A DNA stretch of 64,000 bases from Camelus dromedarius (GCF_036321535.1 NC_087436.1:46502001-46566000), one strand, 5' to 3'. Positions 25,706 through 39,820 are shown, counted from the first letter of the stretch. A program made the numbers and translations. The notes: generated from the sequence alone by a model not told the origin.

Positions 25706-28700
25706 GATTTCTGTAGGAGCAACTCAGAACTTTAGGAACGTTGTTTATGCTCCTATTCCATGTAATCTTTCCTCTTGTGAGTAACTTCAACCTAGAGATC
25801 ATAAAGCCATTTATACTCCACAGGGTCATAGATGTAAATTCTGAAAACTCTTTTGCAGTGATGGTAGAATGTTATCTTTAAAAGCAGTAAGATAGCCTAA
25901 TTTCTCTTGAAACATAACATCACACTATTTGCCTTTTCCGATAACCCAATAGATTCCAGAAACAAAGGATGAGGGAACACAACGTTTTGGAGATGTGGTA
26001 CTAAGTTCTCCTTCCCCAACACTGTTCACAGGAAAAGCAAAAGGAAAACTTGCCATGTAGTGATGGAAATCTCTAGGCCCCAGTCATAGTGTTGCCTAGC
26101 CCAAGATATTTTTTACAAACATGGATTTTTAATGCTTGCTTTTCTCTTTTCAACATTGACTACTAGTTTATCACATCATATTCAGAAAGTAAGTTGGAAA
26201 AAATTTACATCAACAGTAAAATGAATGCAGTAGGGAGACATAATACGGAGACATAATACAGTAAAAATTACATCAAATCAGGAAAAAAATCATTTAGGTG
26301 TGAAAGAAATTTTTACAGTATTTTCCCTCAAAACTTGATATTTTTGTTCTGACTTCCACATTAGTGAAAATCTGACATTCACATCAACAACTTGAAGATC
26401 AGGAGACAGCAACTAACTCTTTATAGACCTCGTTATATAAAATCATCCTTGACACTAAATCACATAAGGACGAATATTTTTACAGATGGCAAAAACATTA
26501 CTTTGGCATTCTTAGGACTAAGTATAGAGTTCAGTAATCTATAGAAACTTAGCTTCTAAATCTGCTGAAGATGAGGTTCCTTCCTCAAAAACATCAAATC
26601 ACATTTTAAAAAATAGCCAAAGAAGGTTTTTGGAAGTAACATAGAATGTTAAATGACTTCCTATAAGAAAAAAGAAAAGGAAGAAATACTGGTTAAAAGG
26701 ATAACATTGTGTTATTGTTACTTATAATTATTTCCTGCTTGCACAAAGTGCATCTGAGCAGTTGAGTAATTTAAGAGTCCAATTAGGAAACTCATACAAC
26801 AGAAATCAGAGATTTTTAGCAGCCGTAATGAAATCTCGAATAAATACACTGAGTGTGTTTTCATGATGTAATCCTGTTAAGAAAAAAAAAAAATCAGAAA
26901 GTTATGTTTTCTGGGTTTTAAATAAACCTGCTATTGTAGTTCATTCTCATCATAGCCACCAAGATGTTTTAATTTATACTCAAATGTGATCCATAAGGGA
27001 AATAAGTGTTTTGGGGACAGACTCTACTTTCTCATTTTTTTTTTCCCCCTCAATAATTTTACAAATCAATCATTACCAAAACTGGCTGCCTGGAGGTTCT
27101 TATTACAACAAATGTTCTTGCTGTAATCCTCAAAAGTAGGTATCATGCTGACTTGAATTCTAATTATCCCTTAAGCAAGAAGAATATTGTATAACTAATG
27201 CATTCAGTGTCAAGACACATTAATCAAAATTATTGGTGATGCTTTTAGCACCCAGGCAAATCAGCACATATTTTTCAAGTTCTGTTGTACTATTTTTTGG
27301 GCAGTGAAAATTCGATCTGCTTGGGGTAATAAATACCATGGAAAACATGACTTGGTTTAAGCTGGTATATTAGAGGTTTTTTAAGACAGGTTAAAAAAAT
27401 AACATCTTTTACTCCTTTAATTGATAATGACTTATAAAAATAAAACAAATGGTAATGAATGAAAAACCAGAGATTTTTCTGTGGGCAAGAGCTAATCAGG
27501 ACTTTCTGGCCACCATTCCATTTAACAGATGGTAGGTTCTGGAAGTTTAGAGGGAAACACCTGGTAAGCCATTTCTGTATACATGAGGCTGTCTCTTGAT
27601 TCTTACCTTGACTAGTAATTCCAGCTACATATTTGCTGACTCTTCTTACCTATATGAAGGACATCCTTCACGTATTTGGAAAAAGAGTATTGCATGAACT
27701 ACCCCAATAGCCATTTAAAAGATAAAGTAAGGTCGTCTGAAATGCTTTCTTGCCATGTATTAAATGTGGGTTTGAGGAAAAATCAGTCCAGATTTTATCA
27801 TGGAATTCTAAGACTTAATGAGGCCTTTGATAGTCATTGTTAGATTTCAAAAAGATCATGGTTTTAAAGAACTTCCTAGCTTCCCCTTGCCTTTTTGTAA
27901 TATAGAAGGCCAGGAGTTTTTTGCCCTCTTGGTTAGTGAAGATGATAATTGTTTGCCTTGTTTGGAGGTTTTTTGTTTTGTTTTTCAGGGCTTTTTGGCC
28001 AGAATACACGAAATTTAAACTATCTCAATAGGCTGTTCAAATTTTTAAAAAGTAATATCAAATGAGTTTAGCAAAAATGGCTTCAGTCAAAAATCTTATC
28101 TTTGAGGCATCTTCCTTTTATCGTAACAGAGTGAATAGATCCCACCTTCCCATGGCTAAATCTTCTTGTAGCCAACTTCATTTCTCTATGTACATATTGC
28201 CAATTCCTGAAAGAAAGCAGAGGAAAACAAAGAGGCAAAGAGAGAAACTCCAATACTGACACTCTAATCTATAAGGGAACTTTATATTTAGTTAAAAAAA
28301 AAAAAAACAGGATAATTTTTCAAATGTAGCCTGTATTAGCTACTGTGACTTATTTTCATTGAGCTTCGCACTACAAGATCAAAGTCGTGGCTCCCGAAGT
28401 GCTTAGCTATAGTTGGAAAGATCAGCGTGAGGCCGTTAGGCCCTCCAAAGTGGGTCATATACAGACACGCCTTTGATTTCAGCTATAGCTATTCTTCGTA
28501 GACTTGGTTGTCCACCTTTCAGTGCCCTGGCTATTTAAAGCTTTCATTCAAATTAGCAGCCTGTGTCGGATGTTCACAGGCTGCTGCTGCCAGCAGTTTA
28601 TTACCAGGCCTACCTAATTGTGCTTTATCCTGTGTATTTCTTCTGCCCAACTTGAATCCCAGTTTAGTTGCCAAAACCACAGCCACTCTATAATTCACCT

Positions 28701-29603
28701 TTTCCACCAGCTCAACAAAGGAAAACATGTTACAATCTTGGTATTGAGACCTAGTTTTTGAACTCATTGGTGGTGAGCTAATTAATTACTGTTAAGAATA
28801 AACAGAGGACAAAACTCATAAAACAACTCAGGAAGAAATCAAGTGCAATATCTAAGACAAGACCAGAAAGTTAAACTAATTTTTTTTTTCATTTTGAAAT
28901 TTGAGACTGCATTAATGCCGTATTACCGTAGCATTAACAGAGCTGAGATTTCTATTTCTCTGACAACCATTTAATCACTGGTAAGTGTGTGGTTTGGATA
29001 GCAGAATTTGGTGCCAGTCATGAATTGTGTTTCAGCAATCAAAATTTTGGATTGTATTAAGGATTCTGATAAATAGAGTTGTATGTTTTCTATTTCCAGG
29101 TTCTGTTTAAATCATAGCCCTGTATTTATTTTAAGAGTTAGGTATTACCTCGTATATATTTTTCTGTTTGTCACAAGGGTAGATCTCATTGGACATTCCC
29201 AGGACAAGTGAAAACAAAACAACAACAAAAATAGCAGATTATCCTGGATTGAATTGTTATGGTCATGGCGGAGGCACAGAACACCTTAAGATGCTGTTCC
29301 TCTCACCTCTTCCTCTCTCCTCTCTTGTCTTCTCCGTCTTTCTTGCTGCCCCTCCCTGCATCCCTCCACGGTTCCTTCTCCTCTTCCTTCTCTTCCTTCT
29401 TTTTACTTTTTTCTCTTCCTATGTGGAAGCCTGACCTTTGAAGGCAATGACATTTAAACTCTGTCTGTTGGTTGCCTTCACTATGAATGGAATCCCAACT
29501 GCTTTGTAGTGTTTTTCTCAATGATAACAAAAGTAAAAACCTAAAATGCTATCTCCCTTGAGATAATGAGTGAATAGGTAGAGAGATGAAGGAAAACTTA
29601 GAA

Positions 29604-29613
29604 TATATATGTA

Positions 29614-29649
<36 letters not shown>

Positions 29650-29674
29650 CACACACATATACACATATATATAT
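29604..29674. repeat. Compound (TA)n/(CA)n microsatellite
   Basis: Interrupted dinucleotide runs. Confidence 0.92.
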
Positions 29675-30967
29675 GAAATGAGAGAAATAAATATATAGAA
29701 ATGAGAAAAACATTATAGTGGCTCTGAAGTAATCAGTGCTCTCACCTTACTTTTATGCTATTCATGGGTGCCCTGGTGTTCATGACAAACCAATGTTTAA
29801 AGCCTCTGTCTTTCCTGCATTTTTCTTAGACATTTTTTGTTTGTCATTTTTTTAAAAAGCACTAACACGTCATAAACTGAAAAGATGAATATTGTGTTCA
29901 GAAAATGTCGTATTTTATTGTTTTCACTTCAACAGTACAGCTATTTCACTTGCTGTTTACCTGTGTAAATCCATATGCCCCTGATTATGACCGGCAGCAT
30001 CTGCCCTTTTCAAAGTTCTCTGCCTTACGTTCCCATGTTATTCCTACAGTGGCTCACTGAAATTATAATTGGGTTTTCTAATTCAAGTAATGGCCTTGTA
30101 AAAAAGAAAAAGAAAAAAATGCTAGATTTAAACTGTTTCTTAATTAAAAGTATCGTAAGAGCTTAACTCCATTATTGTCCCAATTCCCTCTGTTGCATCT
30201 ATCCCCTACCTTGTCTATTCAAGCAATACATGTGAATAATTTCCAATTTAGCCATCTCCTATTTCCCATTGATTAAATAAGATTAGATATGTAAAAACAG
30301 CTTTGAGAAGCATCATACAGTCCAGTACAGTTACTCCTCCAGTTTATTGTCCTGAAAAGTTATGTAACCTCATTTTTGTATAGTCTGATTACTTCAGAGA
30401 TGATTTCCTAGAAGTGCCTTGTGTCTGAATCATATTTCAGCTGCCTCCCCATACTTTCCTTTGACTCAGTCTCTTTCATTTAGCCTGGTTAACTAGAATT
30501 GTGACTAAAGTAGAATAATCACTTGCTTATTTTTTTTAATCACATTAAAGTATTTCTAGAACCATAGGTGGTCATAGGTTTCTCCTAGACATTTTAGGAG
30601 ATTCTAGGACCTTTGAACTCTACATCAGTCCTTGTCAAAGAGGCAGGACTCTTTTTAAGGATTACATTTATTTAGGGAAATTTAATAGGTATGATCATTT
30701 TCTCCTTTCCCTTTCTTACAGGAAGAAAACTCATTCTTAGTAAACCTGTCATTTCTCTACTTTACACACTTTTGGTTTTGCAATCCTAAATGCTCTGACA
30801 GATGGATATTGTCTCATAAAATGATGATATATTCACATGAGAAAATTTAGAGTTACGTCTTGAAAGGAGTTGAAGGGGTATTGAGTGTAGCTCCATTCAG
30901 GTTGTAAAGAATTAAGGAGTCGCCATGGACATCACTAATTAGCTGCAGAGATGTAATATTACTACTA

Positions 30968-31014
30968 ATGATGATGATGATGATGATGATGATGATAATG
31001 ATGATGATGATGAT
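30968..31014. repeat. (GAT)n microsatellite with one interruption
   Basis: Direct inspection; explains the poly-Ile ORF 30853..31206. Confidence 0.95.
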
Positions 31015-31234
31015 AGCTAGCATTTTTGAGCCTATAAGGTAAGAGCAACAGTAATAACAATACTTATTGTTCACTGATTTTGTTCTAGAGATGGCACTGA
31101 GTGCTTTGCTTGCATTACTGTCTAATAAGACATGACTAAGCCACTCCTTAATGACACCAGAATCTTCCATCATTTGGCACCTCAAGATTCCAGCTTGCAA
31201 AGTCAAGTTTTAATTCAATTCTGTACCTTTGTAC

Positions 31235-31800
31235 CAACAGTTCTCAAAGATTTTTGACTCAAAACCCTTTTACATACTTAAAAATTAGGATTGAAAGAGC
31301 TTTCATTTATATAGTTTATATCGATTGATATTTCTGTGGTAGAAATTAAGACAGAGAAATTTAAACAACCCACTATATGTTAATTAAATAATTTTTTTTA
31401 TGAAATATAACTGAATTTTATAAAACAAATTTAAAAATTAGCAGGAAGAGTGACAGTTTTCTTTTTTTTTTTTTCAAGTGTCTCCAATGTCTGGCTTAAT
31501 AGAGAGCAGATGGACTCTCATATCTGCTTCTGCATTCAATCTATTGCAGTCTGTTGTTCTGGTTGAAGTATATAAAGAAAAACTAGCCTCCTATGGATAT
31601 GTAAATGGACAAGGGAAGATTATTTTAATAACCTTTTCATAAAATTGTGGATAGTCTTTTTTTGATACTACCCCAATCTCTGCAAGTGGTAATTTTAACT
31701 TAAAGATTAAGTACAATGTGGAATCTGAAATTATATCAATGAAGTTTTCCTCCTCTGTACACTAACTAGGATAAGTGGAAAGGCACTCTGAGAACCTCTG
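31235..31800. mobile_element. Charlie1-family hAT DNA transposon remnant (internally deleted)
   Basis: Inverted ends caacagttctca ... tgagaacctctg; interior aatgtctggcttaatagagagcagatggactctcatatctgcttctgcattcaatct resembles recalled Charlie1. Confidence 0.75.
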
Positions 31801-33405
31801 GTATAAGCCTAGGAAGGTAAGAAACAGCCCATCCAGCTCTATACCATGAGTAGACATATTTATGCCTTATTTATTTTAATAATTGTCTTTCAACCCTGAG
31901 ACAGAAAAGAGCAATTATTATTTCCTCCACATCCTGCCAAAATATAGACAGGATGGAGACAGTGTCTCTAAAGTAATTGAGAGCCCTGGAATTAAATAAA
32001 CATAAAACTGTGATCCTAAAGTGAAGTATGCTATTTTCCTCCTTGAAAAAAACTGAAATAAGAAATGAATGTATGGAGATGGTAGATTCTTTCTTAAAGT
32101 GGCATGATAAGGCATAACGAATCACACCCAAAACCTTTAGAATTAGCCAGTATTAATAGTGCTAAAATTATTGTGTCCAATGCATTGCTAATTTTGTCTT
32201 TTGAAATAAAAATTTTCACCCCAAACATTCTGTTTAAAGGAAATTACATTTAACTCAGGAGAACTTACTATATATTCTGTTTTGAAGAAGGAAGAAAAAA
32301 ACACTTTTGTCTAGCTACCAAGATCACAAAGCCTTATTTATTTATTTGTGAATTATGAAACTGCATGCTTCATCTTTTTATAAACTAAACACTAACCTGA
32401 ATAAGAAATACATTTTTTGCAACATTTACTCTTTTTTCTTTCTTCTATTAGTATGCTTTAACAGTGCTTCTATTTGCTTTGCTAACAGTGAAATCATTTT
32501 GTTTCTACTTGAAGATATGCAAGAGCCTTGTCTACCTGTAAACTTTCAGCCTATTAACTTGCATTATATTTTCATGACAGTAAGTCATTACTGATGATAC
32601 GCATTGACTTTAATACAGCTTTTTTCTTGTGGGTGGAGAGGGACTATGTATTTGCATATATCAATTTTCTTGGAAGAACTATCTTATTTGTAAATAAATA
32701 CATTTCTTATTTTTTCTGTTGTTGCTTAAAATAACGAGTTAAAATTTTTTTACAAGAAGTAGAATGGCCATCATAGATTTTTCTGAATGTGCTTGGTTTT
32801 CATTTTAGACCATTAAGAGAGCCATCGAAATTATTTGTTTGATTTTCCTCTTGTTATGTGGAAGAGTACAGAGACAGATAGAATAGAATTATAAAAATTT
32901 CACAAACAATAAACCTAAAGCATTAGTTCCCCTACACTTTTTTTTTCTTAAACCAGTACCATGAGCATCAGAGCTAGAGATAAATCCATTTGAGTTATTT
33001 ATCAATAGGATACATTTTGTGGTGCTGAAATCCTTTCATTCCCTACCAAATACCCAGGGTTTTATACAGCATATTTTTAAAACTCACTTATTTCAAAAAT
33101 GTTTGATGACATTCTTCCACTTATTAAATATCCCCTCTGTATCTTTCTGCTCAGCTCCAAAAAAAGAAATGTTGAAATATAGCTACCTTAGAAAAAAATC
33201 AAATGTATCAAACAACATTAGCAACTGCTCCAGAAATATCCAATAGTGGAAAACAAGTAAACAAACAAACCCCAAGACATATGGGAACACAGCCATTACG
33301 TTTTGTTTAATTTTGTTTTAAAACTTCATTATAGATTTCAGGAAGTTAAGACTTTTACAGTTGAGTCCACATAGTTAAGAAGAAAATAAAACTTTATAGT
33401 TTATA

Positions 33406-34219
33406 TGTGAACACTGGTCTCAGATGTTTTTTAACACTGAATACATGGTGTATTTTCCAACACCAGTTCTCCAACTCTAATTCTCTGACTCCAACTGCAT
33501 GTCCTACAATTCAGTCCTACTGGGACACCAACTACTCAGGGTTACCGTCGGATTCCACCAGTTTAAGGGTTCAGGACTTAACCTCACTCCTACCCATTAC
33601 CTGCACTTCTATCTGACTTGTCTACAAATTCCAGGGTACTCACAGCCACTCCCACCCCAATTCAAGTTTGATAATTTGTTGCGATGACTCACAGAGCTTA
33701 AGAAAATGCCATACTTACAATTATAGTTTATTAGAAAAAAATAATGATGAACAGCCAAATGAAGAGGTACATAGGGTGAAGGCAAAAGGGTTCAAAGCGC
33801 AGAAGCCTCTGTCCCCGTGGAGTTGAGGTGCAGCATCCCACCAGCACGTGGATGTGTTCACCAGTTCAGTAGCTCTCCAATCCTAGTTGGTTAAGGGGTT
33901 CGTGGAGGTTCCATTACGTAGGCACAACTGATTAAATAATTGGCCATTGGTGATTAAACTCACTTTCCAGTCCCTTTCCCTTCTCTGGAGATGGTAAGAG
34001 GAGGGAAAAGGCTGGAAGTTTCAACCTTCTTCCCACAGCCTGCCATCCTGAAGCTGTCTAAGGGCCCATCAAGAATCACCCCATTAGCATAAACTCAGGC
34101 ATGTTTGAAAGGGACTTGTTATGAATAACAAAAGATGCTCCTATTACTCTTACTATTAGGAAATTCCAAGGGTTTTAGGAACCAGGAACAAGACCAAATA
34201 TATTTTTTATTCTACCACA
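33406..34219 (-). mobile_element. MER21-like solo LTR
   Basis: The right end aggaaattccaagggttttagga...gaccaaatatattttttattctaccaca matches the reverse complement of the recalled MER21 start; left boundary approximate. Confidence 0.75.
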
Positions 34220-34320
34220 ACTGGGTTTTCTTTAGAAAAGAGATTTTGGAAGTATGGCAAGGAGAGGTATTTTTCCTTCTGTACTGAGCATTCCTGAATC
34301 TCTTCCCCAGCCACATCCAC

Positions 34321-34710
34321 TGTATCAGTTATCTATTGCTGCCCACCCTATAACCCCCAAACTACAGTGGCTTAAAACAATTCTCTCACAGTTTTGGAGG
34401 AACAAGAATTTGAGCATGGCTCAGCTGGGTGCCTCTGGCTCAGTATGTCCCATGATAAGGCAGTCAAGCTATCAGCCATGGCTGTGATCTCATCTGAAGA
34501 GTCTACTGGGCTGGAGCATCTGCCCCAAGATGGACGCCACAGTCTTTTTATAACTTAGTCTCAGAAGTGATATCCCATTACTTCTGCCACATTCTGTTCA
34601 CTAGAGGTGAGGTGGTAAATCCAGTGCCCACTCAAGCAGAGGGGTTATGCAAGGGCATGCATACCAGGAGGTGGGATCATTGAGACCCTTCTTAGAGGCC
34701 ACCTACCACA
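34321..34710 (-). mobile_element. MLT1 (MaLR) solo LTR
   Basis: TG...CA ends (tgtatcagttatctattgctg ... cctaccaca); 5-bp TSD tccac/tccag. Confidence 0.85.
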
Positions 34711-35020
34711 TCCAGCCAAATATAAGGGATCTTAATTTGGTAAATATTAAGAAGCATTGGACAACAGATGAGAAAGGAAATTGTAAAGACTTTTATCTGA
34801 TTTCTTTGTCATTTTTGCTTTCTGAAGCTTCTCCAAAGCTTTGCTCAAAGTTTTTTCACTCATCAAAACCAATTCGGATTCATTTTATAGTCAGTAGCTA
34901 GGTCTCAGCAAGAAAGCTGTATATAATCAAAGAAGTAAAATCCCAAGAAAAGGAAATCAGTTTAACTTTACATATTTACTGTCAAATAAATAATGATCTC
35001 ATATGCCCATTTTTCTCAAG

Positions 35021-35083
35021 GGAGAACCAGGTTTCATTGGTCCTCAAGGAGAACCAGGCTTACCAGGATTACCAGGAACAAAG
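35021..35083 (+). CDS. COL25A1: COL25A1 coding exon, 63 nt, GEPGFIGPQGEPGLPGLPGTK
   Basis: tttttctcaag|GGA...AAG|gtaaag; also visible inside ORF 35003..35191. Confidence 0.96.
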
Positions 35084-37999
35084 GTAAAGACAGTGTTTTC
35101 CCCTGCCTTTCCTTCTGAAATTTTTTGTCATATAATTTTAGTTCATTATGTTATTTATGTGACCAGATATTTTTGCTTAGTGGAGAACTAAAGCAGCTTA
35201 CCACTCATCACTAACATTTAAAATGGGAATCTAAATTAAATAGAGTAACAGGAAGTTAACTCCAGAAAGCCTTAGACAAGAAAACAGTATGGTAGAATAC
35301 ACTCATTTCTCCAGTTGTCCCCAAATTGCACCTAAATCAGTACAGTGCTATTTAGTCTCCTTGCCATATGGAAAAGTGAGGGAATTTTGAGGAGGAGAGG
35401 TGGAACTCATTAACTCCTGTTCCTCATTACCAATTTTAAGACATACGTGTAAATCAAACATTATTACTATTCCCCCATCAACCCCTAGATTTCAAAGGCA
35501 AGTACTGATATCATATAAATTCCTAAGTGCTTCCTCCCAAAAGGATCTATCCTGAATAACGTCTACAGAAAGGTTCTATAATGAAAACCATCTCATGATC
35601 TTCTCCTTGGCAACCTGAGAAAGGACCCTAAAAGCAAAATCTATATGCTGCCATATAAAAAAAAAAATGTTGCTGCGGATACAGTCAGACCCGTAGTTCC
35701 CTTTTTATCTACCCAGTAAGACATAAAAACGTACAGCTCTGACGATGGAACTTTATTCATGACAGACTCATGAATCAAAGAAGGAGCAAAATTAGATCAA
35801 ACTACATTCTTTTACTTTTAAACCATAGCAGTCTTTGCCTCAGTGTGCATTACATTCACCAGAAATAAGCCAGGATGATTTCCAAGAGCTAGAGAAATAT
35901 GTTCATGGTCTGTTCTGAAGAGAAGTCCTCATTTCCGCTGGTCACGAGAAAACAGCTCTAATCCTAGTAAATGGAAACTATGTGTGGCCTAAGGGGGACT
36001 AAAACTTGGTCAAACGTATGCAAAATTGCTGTTTTCTCAAGCAATTTCTTTTTCACATAATGAGCTGACAAGCTTATTAACAAAATATGAGGAATGCCCA
36101 TTTTGGCCTGAACAGATTTAAGCAAGAAATGCACTTTCTGGAATTAAAAAAAAGAAAGAACACGAGAATAATGAGCATTCTGTGTCTCCATCAGAACTGT
36201 TGTATTTATACAGGCTTACAGACTCAGAGCCAGGTAGAGAAAGAAAGGCAGCGTGGTGAGTAAGTCCAAGGAAATGGGAAACCTGGTTGGTGCCAGAGAG
36301 GGCCAGGCATGCACAGGATCTCTAAATGTTTGTGGCATGTTGTTTGCTAAACAAGAGAAAAATAGAAGAAATGTAGACCGTGGAGAGCGGAGTTCATCCC
36401 TACATATCTTTTCTTTAGCTCACTTATTTTAAACTATTTCTTGTCAAAAAAAAAAAAATCCAAATGTAGAGCCATAAAATCAACATTAATTACTGTTCTT
36501 CAAGAACCTGACCTGATTTTACAGACCAGATATTTTTATAAGAGGTACTACTCCGAACCTCCAATGAGAGTAAAGGCTGTGCTGTCTGTAACTGTTTTGC
36601 ATTTCCATGAGAAGGCATGTGAATAAGAAATCCATTTAACAATATTTTGAAGTTAATTTTCAGCCGAATTACTTATCTGTCATGAATACGGTATCATAAT
36701 GGAAAAATCATGACTATTAAAAATCTCTTTCAGCCGAATACTAGTCTTTTTCCAGTTGTATAGGCAGTCTGAATTTGTACCACTAAATTCAGATTTAAAA
36801 AATAAACTAACTGTATGTCTCACCCCCAACACAGTGAAGAGAGATCACAATGAAGAAAATGGTTTAATGGTATTTAAAAATCTATTTTATGCACTGCTGT
36901 ATTCTCAGCATCTGTTTCAGTGCCTGGGGAGAACCTACATCTGTCTAAAGAAATAGGACTTTATTACAAATAATTTAGAATACTTTGAATAATATTGTTT
37001 ATTCATTAATTCCACACATTTTTTGCTAGACATTTTTCTGGTATTTGAGAATGGAGAGTAATTGCAACAAAACCAGTCTCTACTGAAGCTTACATTGCAG
37101 TATGTGTGAGAAAGGGGGGAAAGAAAAGAAAAAAGTAAATAAATAATGTAATTCCAGAAGGTAATAAGCAACTAATTAGGGGCGTGGTTTAATAAATGAT
37201 TTCTAGGTAAATATTTATTGACTCCACTCCTGTGGTAATTACTACAGAGAAATGATTTTCTAAAGTTTTCATTTTTCCCTAAAATAAGATTATAGTTACC
37301 ATTTTAGAATTCTTCTGTAAAATATTAAGAGACACACCAAACGTGGTATCTATATTTTAAATAAAAATTCCATATACCAACAGAAGCGCTTCAGTCTCTA
37401 ACCCCTGGAAAGTCCCTCCTGGAAGCATCTTTTCCGTCACCTGCATCCAGCCAAGTCATTCACCTTTCTCCCAGCCTCTCCAATTCCCACGCCCTTTTGG
37501 ATCATGCCGAGAAGCCTACTGAGTCTTCTTTAATCCTGGCACTAACCTATCCCACCTCCCCTGCAAAAGCACAAAGGCTTCCCAGAGTGGGCATGATACA
37601 GATAAAGATCTTGGGATTGAGAGCCCTACATCACCCACCACAGACCCAATCCTGTTTTCTTTTCCTTTCCAAGATGAATCATCCTTCAGTGAGGAGGGGG
37701 CCTCCCTTATCAGTAAACATGCCATCATCAGTCTGAAATCAAAACTGGTTTGATTATTGAAATTCTACCCATGATGCAGGAAGCTGGACACTACTCTATG
37801 TTCAGGGAGTGCAAAATGGCACTGTCTTTCTGGAGGACGCTTTGGCAAGCTTTTCAAATGTTTATACTATTGACACAGCCGTTTCCCAACTAGGAACTTA
37901 TCCTAAGAAAATAAGAGATGTGCAGAAGATTTGCAGACAAAAACATTTATGCAAAAATTGAAAACCGAGTGCAATCAGTTCTAAATTACAGCTCTCCTA

Positions 38000-38150
38000 C
38001 TTTAAAGTCTTTGGGAAAGTTACTTAACCTCCCTGTGCTTCAGTTTCCTTATCTGTAGACTATGGATATTAACACCATTCTCATTTGTCCTGAGGATTAA
38101 ATAGGATAATTAAAGTGTTTTGTTCAGTTCCTGCACTCATCAATAAATAA
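38000..38150 (+). mobile_element. MIR SINE fragment
   Basis: cttgggaaagttacttaacctccctgtgcttcagtttccttatctgta core. Confidence 0.8.
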
Positions 38151-38409
38151 CACAGCCATAAACAGTAGTAATTATAAAATACACCCTACCCATCCTTTAG
38201 GACGTGACCAACCAGAAGTCAGTATGAACCGTTGAAAACCCTACGGGGCTTCCTCTTCTCTCACATATGGCCTTACGTTACACCTTAATTCCTAACTGTT
38301 TTGTTCATGAGGATCTTATCTGTCTAATTAGATCACTAGCTCCTTGAGGGCAATGACCGTGATCTTCCTTCCCAGAGCTATAAAAACAGTAAAAGCTTTA
38401 ACACCTAAG

Positions 38410-38600
38410 CATCTTGTACCACACTGAGCACTTTTCGTTTCTAAGTTATGAAATTGGTACTATAATCTTCTCCATTTTATAGAGGAAACTGAGGCTTTCA
38501 GAACTTAATTAACTTTCCCCAAAACAAGGAACTGGTAAGTAACAAGATTAAAGCCAGGATGTGAAATTACAAGCCTGGCAGTTAGTCATCTCACCATGCT
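38410..38600 (-). mobile_element. MIR SINE fragment
   Basis: ccattttatagaggaaactgaggct...aactttccccaa reverse-strand core. Confidence 0.75.
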
Positions 38601-38946
38601 TCTTCTTGATAGATCTTAAAAAGGGGGCTGCTGAGAACTATGTCCATTCCTGTCCCTTATCAATTCTTTTTAAAGGTCTTTCTGTTTACCAGAACATAGG
38701 TATCTGACAGGCATTTACCAAACCATTTCCTTGTCTATAAAATGGAAATGAAAATACAAACATTGAATAATTGTTTTGATTATTCAGTGAGATGATCCCT
38801 ATTGAGATTAATGCGATGCTGAGAACATGGTAGATATATGGTAACTTTCTGCTTTCATTGATTTTATTCAGCTCACTCATTTATCTACAGGGACCACCCT
38901 GGCAGGAAGGGGAGTTGCCATTGACCTATTTTGCAATTTGTGACAG

Positions 38947-39015
38947 GGTGAACGTGGAGAGGCAGGGCCTCCTGGAAGAGGGGATCGAGGGGAACCTGGA
39001 GCCCCAGGACCAAAG
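38947..39015 (+). CDS. COL25A1: COL25A1 coding exon, 69 nt, GERGEAGPPGRGDRGEPGAPGPK (G-R-G imperfection)
   Basis: tttgtgacag|GGT...AAG|gtcagt. Confidence 0.96.
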
Positions 39016-39820
39016 GTCAGTGATTCTTACATTGAAAAACAACATTCTTTGGTTTGGAAGTGTGCTTACTTTTACTTTCTTTAGAACATGAAACTAAAAT
39101 AAAATTACTCAACGGGTATTAAAACAGCCAAAATCACAAATAATTTGTTGAAATGCCCACTAATTGGTTTCTTTTCTAAAAGGGATTTTACAATTCAGCT
39201 TTTCCACTTTACTCTCTTCTGTCCAGGCAACAAATTTAATAACACATCTCACTGTATAGAGGGAGGTACTGACACATTAACACGTTACCACTCAGTGTAT
39301 ATTAAAACCTACCGAGGAAAATGTGGATACGTGCTGTGTTCGTTTCCATGGTAACTTGATGGTGTGTAACACCTTGAAAATATGAGCACTAAGGATTTAT
39401 TTGACTGTTCAATTTATTCCTCTAAACATCCTGCAAACTAATATGGTAACACTTTATTTTAGTAACTCATCCTAGAGACACAGGAGATGATTTACTCTTT
39501 GATGTAAAGGAAATTTATGCAAACACTGTTGAGACTAATGAGAATTATTTGCAGAACTCTTCCCATCCACTGATGGGTGGACAGTCTTCAGACTTATAAT
39601 AGAATGGAGTTTGGTGGAGGGACCAGGGAATGAACTAATGACATGGTGGTAATACTTACGTTTAATGTTACAACAGCCTACATTATATACAGCCATATAT
39701 TGAGGCAGTTAAAGTGTTTCCATTTTTCTTCACTATTCTGAGTCACTGCTAATTTCTTTTTTCTGTTCTTATCTCCCTCTGTCATTTTCTCTTTTTCATC
39801 TTTGTGTTCTTCTATAATAG

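Noticed and set aside
29300..29420. CT-rich tract as H-DNA or a Lys/Glu-rich ORF
   Set aside because: Irregular low-complexity sequence with no clear mirror symmetry or coding evidence.
30853..31206. 117-aa minus-strand ORF with poly-Ile
   Set aside because: Kept open by the (GAT)n microsatellite; no recognisable protein.
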